A stretch of DNA of 64,000 nucleotides from Macrostomum lignano (Eukaryota): contig NIVC01000633.1 in the NCBI GenBank assembly GCA_002269645.1, positions 310,001 to 374,000 on the forward strand, given 5' to 3'. The notes under the pieces were generated by a model that worked only from the letters and a program-made list of their open reading frames with translations, was not told the origin of the DNA and did not search any database. The translations under genes and the position numbers were made by a program. Position 1 is the first letter of the stretch. Each line of letters begins with the position of its first letter. Shown here piece by piece: positions 1-9,767 of the stretch.

Positions 1-294
1 TGCCAGTCAGCTGCCTGGTGTCAGCAGCCTTAGCCTCAGTAGTAGAGCCCAGCTTCTTCAGCATATAAGATGGCAGCTTGATGAAGAAGTTAACCCTCAT
101 TGTGGATAGCTGGGCAACGTCCTAGTTTCCTGCCTTAAATTATTATTTAGACCCAAAATTTGAAATGAACAAACAAAAGCAAGTTTATTGAAGATTTAAA
201 ATGAATTTTAGGTATTACAAGGAGTAGTACATAGCGTAGTAATGTGTCAGCCAGTACAAAAAGTTACCAAAGCTCTTTTTGGGTAGGCCCCTAG

Positions 295-440
295 AGTCAG
301 CGCCAAAGAAACTTGCTAAGGTGGGAATCAAAAAGGTCATCATTGGTGCCATGCTGACTACAAAACTTTGCCTTCACATGGGCCTAGGTGCCTTCAATGG
401 TATTCTCAATGACTGATTTCAAGGTCACAGAGGTTGGCCA
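295..440 (-). mobile_element. Degenerate Merlin/IS1595(ISXO2)-type transposase C-terminal fragment
   Basis: Minus-strand translation ENTIEGT*AHVKAKFCSQHGTNDDLFDSHLSKFLWR* resembles the family motif HTNTIEGxW..K.....G......YL.EF.WR. Stops and a frameshift are present. No TIR found. Confidence 0.5.
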
Positions 441-691
441 ATGGCCACAAATTAGCAGGAGGTAGGATATTTACAGGCACTCGAGGTTGTCCAGCCATGA
501 TTTATGCTGAAAATAACAAAAATCAGGTCAAAATAATTTTACATGGGAAAGTAGGACATTGCCAATAGCTGCTACAACTATTTCACAAACATGTAGGCCT
601 AGACATAGGCCTAATAAGGACTGAGGTCATTAATACCCTGTGGCGTGGCCGTGACTGGATATACCAAAGGCAGGCATGACAGCCATGCAAC

Positions 692-1358
692 GGGTGCCCT
701 TGAATTTAGCAACCAAAATTTAGTAACCATGAATTTAGTACAGCTTGAATTTAGTACCGCTCAAATTTAGTACCGCTTGAATTTAGTACCACTCGAATTT
801 AATAATGCCTAAATTTAGTAACGCCTGAATTTAGTAATTCCTGAATTTAGTAACGCAACAAATGGTACAGCTGAGAGATATTCCTTATGTATTAGTATAA
901 TATGAAGGAAAGGAAGTGAATAGGCTATGAAGTGAAGGAAAGTTCTATTGTTCTGCAACTTCACTATATATATATTACTATTCATTGTAATATTATGACT
1001 TGTATTATTAACATTATTGGAATAAAATATCTATAGTTGCAATTCGCCTCCCAGTCTTCAATTCTAAAAAATCTTAAAAATTCTTAAATTTATACATACA
1101 CTAATATTGAAATCTCCCATATAAATAATAGGTGCATGATGAAACTTTATATAATAATACATATGGGATATCTCTCAGCTGCACCATTGTTGCGTTACTA
1201 AATTCAGGCGTTACTAAATTCAGGTGTTACTAAATTCAGGCGTTACTAAATTCAAGCGGTACTAAATTCAGGTGGTACTAAATTCAAGTGGTACTAAATT
1301 CGAGCGGTACTAAATTCAAGCAGTACTAAATTCACGGTTACTAAATTCACATAGACCC
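692..1358. mobile_element. Non-autonomous Mutator-like MITE/foldback
   Basis: About 200-bp terminal inverted repeats (GGGT...ACCC), each built of ten 16-bp units (GAATTTAGTAACGCCT and its reverse complement). Perfect 9-bp target-site duplication CCATGCAAC at 683-691 and 1359-1367. Confidence 0.8.
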
Positions 1359-1461
1359 CCATGCAACTTAATAATAATAGTTTAGTAAAGTGAAATATCT
1401 AGATATATTGTATATATGTTGCATTAGTAGTAATCATAATAATAATAAACTGAAAGACAAT

Positions 1462-1923
1462 GGTCACTGGTCAGATCGTCATGTTCCATTTCGTCATATT
1501 GGATGACAAAGTGACCAGAAGCAAAGTAGCTTTGAAAAATAGGCCTAATATGATGAAGTGACCAAATATTTAGTTATGCTGGATACTTCGTCATCAACCA
1601 ATCAATCTTTGTGAGATTCGAGTTAATGTAAAACTATTTTTTGTTTTTATTGACTATAAGCTGCGGCAAGCAGAACCGATCGATCGACAGGTTTTATCAA
1701 TCGAGATGACAAAATGACAGTGGATCATTAGGATTCCAAGTAAATATGTTTAATTGCCACATTAAGTCACTTGGAAGTTGGAACTAATATGATTGGTGGA
1801 TGACGAAATGACTCTCTTTAGGTAGTGCATACTAATTAAGATGACGAACTGACCCTAGTCGAGGTGAGCACCCCAGACACCCCAGATGACGAAATGGTAG
1901 ATGACGAAAATGACTAGGGCTCC
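1462..1923. mobile_element. Old diverged MITE with GATGACGAAATGAC subterminal motifs
   Basis: About 7 forward copies (1502-1915) and inverted copies (1475-1500, 1586). The left end CTGGTCAGATCGTCATGTTCCATTTCGTCAT matches the reverse complement of the right end. No TSD seen. Confidence 0.5.
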
Positions 1924-2320
1924 TGAACCCAGATCATTACAGGCTCGTGATTTGAAATTTAAATTATGGTTTTCGAAGAAGCGCTATATTGTGAAAAAAA
2001 TAAGCAAAAAAGATATTTTTTTAATTTTATATAGACTTTTCAATTTAAAAGCTAGAGATTAGGCGAACATCCAAGTAGCCTATTATATCTTTCTTGTTAA
2101 AATATGTTTAAAATGATATAAATCTTACAAGTTCAATCAACAACAACTCCGGCAGTGGAGCGTCGTACGGATTAAACAAAACTTAGTGTTGTACAATTTA
2201 TACAAATCTACAGTCTACACGCACGACAAACACACTGCATTCTTAAAATGAGAAGAGCTGTCAGGAAAGAGGGTTGCTGAGATGTCAAGGCTGAGAGGTC
2301 AAATGCTACATCGAGGCTTT

Positions 2321-3357
2321 GGGTGCTTTCGAGTGACTTAAAATGACTTAAACTGCCATTTTAACGTCCTTAGTAAAACAAATGTTAAGCCGACTAAATG
2401 TAAAAATAATCTAGGTAAATGATAGTCAAATTACAATTAAGAATTGATTCAATTTCTAAAACCGGTCTAAGATTAAAAAAACGTCGCCTATACTTCTTCC
2501 AACTCAACCTGAACGCCTAGGCACCGTTTTAACTTCGCTCGCAATTACCACATTTAATCATAATTGAATATTTTGTATTCTTCACCTTTGTTCTATCATT
2601 TGCTTTCACGTCCTTTTGCTCAGTTCGCTGCCCGTCATTATAGTCTTTGAATAATTGCTTAGTACTAATATTGTTTATTTATTAATTGTTATTACGTAGT
2701 AGTTTATTTGGACTTGGAATATAGTCACTATTACAGCTTGGTTCTTATTCTTCAATATAGTATCTGAGTCAATATGATTTAACCAAAGTGAATAATTCCT
2801 TGGTATTACAATAGCTACGGAATAAATAGAAAGACAAAACTATAACATGAAGTTCACTCAGATACTATATTGAAGAATAAGAACCAAGCTGAAAAAGTAC
2901 AAAACTCCAATAGAAAAATAATAACAGTCAGTAGCAACAATAATAGTGCCTATATTCCAAGTCCAAATAAACTAACTATGTAATAACAATTAATAAATAA
3001 ACAATATTAGTACTAAGCAATTATTCAAAGACTATACTGACGGGCAGCGAACTGAGCAAAAGGACGTGAAAGCAAATGATAGAACAAAGGTGAAGAATAC
3101 AAAATATTCAATTACGATTTAAAAATGTGGTAATTGCGAGCGAAGTTAAAACGGTGCCTAGGCGTTCAGGTTGAGTTGGAAGAAGTATAGGCGACGTTTT
3201 TTTAATCTTAGACCGGTTTTAGAAATTGAATTAATTCTTAATTGTAATTTGACTATTATTTACCTAGATTATTTTTACATTTAGTCGGCTTAACATTTGT
3301 TTTACTAAGGACGTTAAAATGGCAGTTTAAGTCATTTTAAGTCACTCGAACGCACCC
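2321..3357. mobile_element. 1037-bp foldback element (long near-perfect inverted repeats)
   Basis: Left arm from GGGTGCTTTCGAGTGAC is the reverse complement of the right arm ending GTCACTCGAACGCACCC over about 450 bp. TTT flanks both ends (3-bp TSD, PIF/Harbinger-like). Confidence 0.85.
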
Positions 3358-3863
3358 TTTTCATATTGCTTGTTCTGGTTCCAGAACCAGAACCAATTTG
3401 TGAAGTATAACTTTTTGTCTCCATAACTAGAGGGAGATACGTGCTATAAAGTTTTTATTATTGAATGACAATCGCCAAGAAGAAAGTGAAAAATTGTGCT
3501 AAGTTAGGTTGTTAAGGCAGTCAAATATTAACAGAGTTTAATAGTTATACTGCTGTTTTTCTTGGAATTCCGAACCGATTCTGGTTCTGGAATTGGTAAT
3601 ATGAAAAGGCCCCAATTCCAGAATCAGAATCGGTTCGGATCTTCCAAGGAAAACAGCAGTATAACTATTTAATTCTGTTGAATGTTTGACTGTCTTAACA
3701 ACCTCACTTAGCACAATTTTTCACTTTCTTCTCTGCGATTGTCATTCAATAATAAAAACTTTATAGCATGTATCTCCCTCTAGTTAGGGCCTATAGAGAC
3801 AAAAAGTTATACTTCACAAATTGGTACTGGTTCTGGAACCAGAAGAAGCAGTATGAAAAGGCC
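3358..3863. mobile_element. About 510-bp palindromic MITE whose left terminus is interrupted by the 2321-3357 element
   Basis: Arms 3358-3597 and about 3612-3863 are near-perfect reverse complements. The right end is CAGTATGAAAAGGCC. Confidence 0.8.
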
Positions 3864-5829
3864 AATTTAATTTATTCAAGCATATGAAAATATTCTTTAT
3901 TCCATTTGAATAAATTCAAGAAAATTAATTGCTTCCCCATGTCCCCACTCATGCAATGGGGATTGGGGATGCTAATTGCTAGGCAATGTAGTAAAATTTT
4001 ACTAAATTGGAAAGTAGTTAAAAAGCAGTCTGTTTGCACTTTGTTTTGTCCAAAAGAACTGTCAAAGATAAAAGTAAATGCTCACAATAAAGACAAAGAA
4101 ATCTATGACCTATGCATATTATCTGATGCTTTTTGTTTTATATATGCTAGGCCTAGCAGGCCTATCTAATAGGACATTATTAGTTAATAACTTAGTTAAC
4201 TACTAGTTATTAATTACTAACTAGGCTAGGCTTTCTACTTTCCATTTCACTTTTATTATAAATAGATTAGGTTTGACAGTCATACTCATATGGTTAGGAT
4301 TTTTTTAAAAATCTTTGGGTAGGCCTAGGCCGCCTAGCCTAATAGGCCTACCCTTGGCCTTGATTCTTTACAATGGTGTAGGCCCTAGTATAGCCTAATA
4401 CTCTTGATTCTTTGTGATTGTGTTTATTTTTAATGTTTGTTTATAAGTTTAAACTAAAAATGTAAAAATGTGAAAATATTGATAATTTAAATTAAATGAA
4501 GATACTATAGGCCCCTAGGCCTAAATGATAAGTTTATTTTTGTTACAAAAAATTATCTTTTTATAATATAAAAAATCATAGACATAAAGCAGATGCTTTT
4601 GGAATATTTTTAAGGTTTATTTATTAAATTAGAAAAGGCAATTGGGAAATTAGGCCTATATCTTTTGCCTTATTATAATGACTTATGGAATGCTTAAGCC
4701 TAAATTAAAACTAAATTAAAAAAAAACATTTTTTGTATATATTGTATATATAAAGGCAAGGCTTATGCCTATTAAATATTATAGCCTATTAGACATAACA
4801 AGGCTTATATAAGACAAGGTTTAATAATAATGCTTTTTATTTAATTTTCTATTTATTGCAATCTTTCATTTTACGATTTTAAAACAGTCTTATTTTAAAA
4901 TGAATTAATATATAGACCTTAAGGCTTAGGTATTATTATTAGTCTATCTAGTAGTCTATATATTAGTGATAAAGTTTATTAGTATATTTAGATTGATACA
5001 ATTATACTTAGGAAGGTAGCCTATGTTATATGTTAGAATTTTCTAATATGCATTTGCCAAGGCCTACTTTGTGTGGCATATACATGTGCAACCTCCAAAA
5101 TTTGGTTGGCTATACAACTTAGTTTTGGCCAAAAATGCAACTTACATATAAAAGAAACCCTAAAGCAAAATTAATGCAACTTTTGGTAAATGGTAAAAGT
5201 AACTATGACTGTTTTATTAAGGCAAAATGCCTCATTATCTATTTAGTACTACTTGGGTATTTATTATCTTTTATCTAGACAACCTTTTTAGAAATAATTC
5301 TAGTTAGTAATTTTAGTTTTTGGTATATATTGGCATACAATCAGTTATTGCCAAAATTTTATTCTGGCTTGCTTTTGCCACCTAAGTACAATAATATATC
5401 AAATCATATTAACAGACTTATAATATATTAGTATATAGGCTTTAAACAAGGTGAGCTTTCCATTTATAGATAATACAATTCTTTAATATATTTCATATTA
5501 TCCAACATATATAGAGTGGAAATTATTCTATATGATTTTAAAACAAGGGGTATTTCTTTTTTGTGTCTTTAAAACAAAAAGAAAATTATTAAATTCTTTT
5601 ACACAGCTGTGTAACAGGTGGAAGTTCTTTTATATGCAGCTTGAAGTAAGGCTTGAATAGTAATTAATACAGTTTTAGAAAATATTAATTCTTTTATCAT
5701 TGTAAATATCATATTTACTTTGGATGTATCATAAGTAAAATCACTGATATAAAAACTAACAAACTTGCAATCACAGATGAATAGAACTATATCAATCAAC
5801 AACAGTCTTTCAATATCAATCACCCCTTG

Positions 5830-6698
5830 GCAGTGCTTATATAGCTTCTCTACCTCAACATATAGCTGTTCTTCTAGCTACTAGAAATAGTGCCATGTGG
5901 CTATTTGACATCTTCATGGTTTGCAAAATTTCTAAGATATTTAAAAACTAGCCTTCAGCTGTTTGAATAGAAATCTGTTGCACAAGTTGAAGTCTGGGCT
6001 GTAGGGACTCTATCAGAGAAGATTCACTCACTGTCCAGTGTCTAGCCAGAAAATCCAAAACAGCCTTATGGGTGTGCGGCTGCATATTGTCCATCTGCTA
6101 CAGAACCTTGCCCGGGGGTGAATTGGATTTGACTAGAGAGTGTGCCAGAGGTCCCCAGTATGCCAGACAAAAGTCAATAAAACACAGACCATCAACCTTG
6201 GTGTTAGGCGTAGTTGTGCAGATGAAGACTCATTTGTTTAGCATAAAGACCACTAGCACTAACAGCATGGTCTTCTTGTCTGAGATAGACCTGGTTGCAG
6301 TCACCCTAGAGTCCTCAGCTCTCAGTCAGTAGCGACTGTCTGCCTTGCTGCCCTTGCCATCCAGGTGGAGCCAGGTTTCATCTTCAGCAACCAGGCAGTT
6401 TAGGACGTCATCCAAGCCTTGGCTGCTAAACACCCTGCGTATCTGCTTGGCGCAGGTGTCTTGTAGAGATTTATGGTGATTTTTGTTTTCTGCATAGACG
6501 ATTTTTCATCGCATTGCACTTGCTTAACGAAATCTTGCAATAGGTTGGGCTATAAACAATAAACATCCTATAGGTATACACATCTCAAATGCATTGGTAT
6601 TGCTTCACTAAGTATACGAAGCATGCAGTGACATGGCTTATGACACACCCGAAGTATCAGAAGTTACAAAATACTCTCTACTTTTTGAACAATTTATA
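5830..6698 (-). mobile_element. Degenerate Tc1/mariner transposase relic
   Basis: Minus strand carries VAEDETW (DETW at 6382-6371), MDNMQPH (D at 6091-6089) and, after a frameshift, PYSPDFNLCNRFLFKQLK (6006-5953). These match the mariner motifs GDETW / DNARPH / YSPDLAPSD. Several stops. TIR-like TTGTTCAAAAAGT lies near 6680-6695. Confidence 0.8.
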
Positions 6699-6787
6699 AA
6701 ATGTGTTCCAGATTTATAGTAGCAGATTTAGCAGTAGGATGTGAAGGGTATTACGTTGCATCTGTCTATGGTTTGTTTGCCTTAGAT

Positions 6788-7102
6788 CAGGGTTGGCAAA
6801 CTTCTGGCTACCTTAAAGGCCAGATAAAGAATCTAGCTTATGGCTACAGGCCAGATGAGAGTAGAAAGCAAGAGAATAGATGAGAGATGAAAGAAAAGAC
6901 GAGAAGCGATAGATGCTATGAGAGAACAGACAAGAAAGAATAGGGGAGAGGAGAGAGGAGAGAAAGGGAGATAACAGAAAAGGGGATTAGAGAGAACAAA
7001 GAACAGACACAAACCTTGAGCAGGCCAGATTGCTATTGTGAAGTTTCAAAGGATCAAAGGCCAGATAGAGAGGTTATATAGAGCAAAATTTTTTAACCCC
7101 TG
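6788..7102. mobile_element. hAT (Charlie-like) MITE with GA-rich core
   Basis: Ends CAGGGTTGGCAAA...TTTTAACCCCTG. 8-bp TSD CCTTAGAT / CTTTAGAT (7 of 8 identical). Confidence 0.65.
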
Positions 7103-7381
7103 CTTTAGATGTGCGGCCATTTGTACTTTTTAGACTAGTGAGAGTGTAGGTGTACAGGCTGGGCCGTCTCTCACATCTGGCAAATCTGCGTGCCTGCCAG
7201 TCAAAGAAGAACTGCAGCTCTTCCTGCCCAAAAAATACGCCGAAACTCCCCAGCAATCCTCCGCAATTTAGCGCTTAAAAATGTTCGTCGATTTTTCGGC
7301 AGTCTGCTTTTGCACCTACGAGTACCACCACATTTACCTGCCTCATCTGCTTGTCTTTGTTGCTCCTGTCATTCTACGTCA

Positions 7382-7600
7382 TAGGGGTCAGCAAACTCCG
7401 GCTCGCAAAGCCTCTATCTGACCCACGCCTTGGGGCTTAGGGTTTGTGTCTTCTCAGCTCAGATTTCCTCTCCTCTCCGCTCTCCCCTCTTTTTTCTTCT
7501 CTCTTCTCTCCTCTCTCCCCTCTTCCCCTTTCTTCTCTTATCTCCTCTACCTTCTATTCCCTCTCCTTTCCTGCCTCCTCTTTCGCAGCCATAAAGTTTT
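7382..7600. mobile_element. Diverged, inverted, truncated copy of the same hAT MITE
   Basis: Starts TAGGGGTCAGCAAAC. CT-rich core. GGTTTGTGTC and GCAGCCATAA segments match the reverse complement of 6788-7102. Confidence 0.4.
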
Positions 7601-8298
7601 CATTAAAGAAAATTCCTTAAACCTGCAGGTGGCACCGGTCTGACTTGAAAAATATTGAGCCTGCTTTTTTCAAAAGAAGAGAGAAGCTTTTGTCAAGCTC
7701 ATCCTCATTGTATGGGGGGGCATCCAAACTCAGTTATATCACTCTACAGCCATGCAATAATCTAAAATATTTATTCGCAATTTCTAAACCTGCAATTTGA
7801 AGTTTACAAGACTGCTTCCAATCCAGATATCAGAATCCAGAGCTCCATGGACCGGCCCTTTTCCATCTCATCCAAAGTGCAAAATATGCATCACAGCTGT
7901 GGGGGGATGAAAGGGCCAAATGAATGCGGGCTATTGTGAAGCCTAAAACTGGCTGGGTAAAAAGCCAGTCCTCCAGTCTGTCTTTGCCTCCTGACCCTGT
8001 GCGCAAGCTGACTGTACATGCAATTCTCTCTCTATCCTTTCTCTCCCTTCCACGCTTCTCTCGCGTGAGCCTTGTGGATTGATTTGATTGGCTGGGTCAG
8101 GGAAGGATTCTCGGAGCTTTATGAAGTCCCCATATTTTCCCCTCTGCTGTCCGCCGGGAAAATTCCGTCCCCTATCCAGTTCTCCCACCTCTAGCGCAAG
8201 GTTTTTTAGTCCCTGCCAGCCCTGCTCTGCCGGTTCTCCCACCGTTATCTCTTGTTTTCTGCTAAGCCTGCCTGTTTGCCTGTCTTTCTCTGCTTCAG

Positions 8299-8328
8299 TC
8301 AGTCGGAATCGCCGGTAACAGATTTAAA
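8299..8328 (+). other. Putative 5'-UTR exon of the ATPase beta gene
   Basis: Strong acceptor (TGTCTTTCTCTGCTTCAG) before 8299, GTAAGT donor at 8329, and next acceptor TTTTCCCATTTTCAG ending at 9686 upstream of the ATG at 9768. Confidence 0.5.
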
Positions 8329-8440
8329 GTAAGTGTTGGGCTTGGAGTCCAGCTTGTTATAGACTTAAATTTATCATTTTATTATTTGTCAAACAAAAAT
8401 TTCACACTTAAATAGTAAGCTTAACACTTAGCTATCAAGC

Positions 8441-9597
8441 TAGCGTTGCAAAGGGGAGTTGTTGCCCCCAGTAGCATTGCATGGGGGAGTTGTGGCCCCC
8501 AGTAGCATTCCATGGGGGGGTTGTGGCCCCCAGTAGCATTGCATGGGGGAGTTGTGGCCCCCAGTAGCATTGCATAGGGGGGGGGGGTTGTGGCCCCAGT
8601 AGCATTGCATAGGGGGGGGGGGTTGTGCCCCCAGTAGCATTGCATGGGGGAGTTGTGGCCCCCAGTAGCATTGCATGGGGGGGGGGGTTGTGGCCCCCAG
8701 TAGCATTGCATAGGGGGGGGGGGGGGGGTTGTGGCCCCCAGTAGCATTGCATAGGGGGGGGGGGTTGTGGCCCCCAGTAGCATTGCATGGGGGAGTTGTG
8801 GCCCCCAGTAGCATTGCAAGGGGGAGTTGTGGCCCCCAGTAGCATTGCATGGGGGAGTTGTGGCCCCCAGTAGCATTGCATGGGGGGGGAGTTGTGGCCC
8901 CCAGTAGCATTGCATGGGGGAGTTGTGGCCCCCAGTAGCATTGCATGGGGGAGTTGTGGCCCCCAGTAGCATTGCATAGGGGGGAGTTGTGGCCCCCAGT
9001 AGCATTGCATAGGGGGGGGGGTTGTGGCCCCCAGTAGCATTGCATGGGGGTTGTGGCCCCCAGTAGCATTGCATAGGGGGGGGTTGTGGCCCCCAGTAGC
9101 ATTGCATGGGGGAGTTGTGGCCCCCAGTAGCATTGCATGGGGGAGTTGTGGCCCCCAGTAGCATTGCATAGGGGGGGGGGGTTGTGGCCCCCAGTAGCAT
9201 TGCATAGGGGGGTTGTGGCCCCCAGTAGCATTGCATAGGGGAGTTGTGGCCCCCAGTAGCATTGCATAGGGGAGTTGTGGCCCCAAGTAGCATTGCATGG
9301 GGGTTGTGGCCCCCAGTACCATTGCATGGGGGTTGTGGCCCCCAGTAGCATTGCATGGGGGGAGTTGTGGCCCCCAGTAGCATTGCATAGGGGAGTTGTG
9401 GCCCCCAGTAGCATTGCATGGGGGGTTGTGGCCCCCAGTAGCATTGCATGGGGGGGTTGTGGCCCCCAGTAGCATTGCATGGGGGAGTTGTGGCCCCCAG
9501 TAGCATTGCATGGGGGAGTTGTGGCCCCCAGTAGCATTGCATGGGGGAGTTGTGGCCCCCAGTAGCATTGCATGGGGGAGTTGTGGCCCCCAGTAGC
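8441..9597. repeat. 31-bp minisatellite (GGGGGAGTTGTGGCCCCCAGTAGCATTGCAT) with variable G-run, in the 5'-UTR intron
   Basis: Directly visible tandem array. Confidence 0.95.
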
Positions 9598-9767
9598 GCC
9601 GTTGAATTACTCAAATATTCCGACTCCTAAAATGCCAATCCATCCATTCAAATTAATCCCATCAGTATTAATTTTCCCATTTTCAGCGCATCGAACTCCC
9701 CGGCTCAAGCCGCTACTGAGCAAATTCCGCAAGGTGCCACACAGCCACAGCAGCCCCTATTAGAATC

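Noticed and set aside
1-121. Possible minus-strand exon (DVAQLSTMRVNFFIKLPSY...) after an AG at 123-122
   Set aside because: Only 40 codons, runs off the window, and no recognisable homology.
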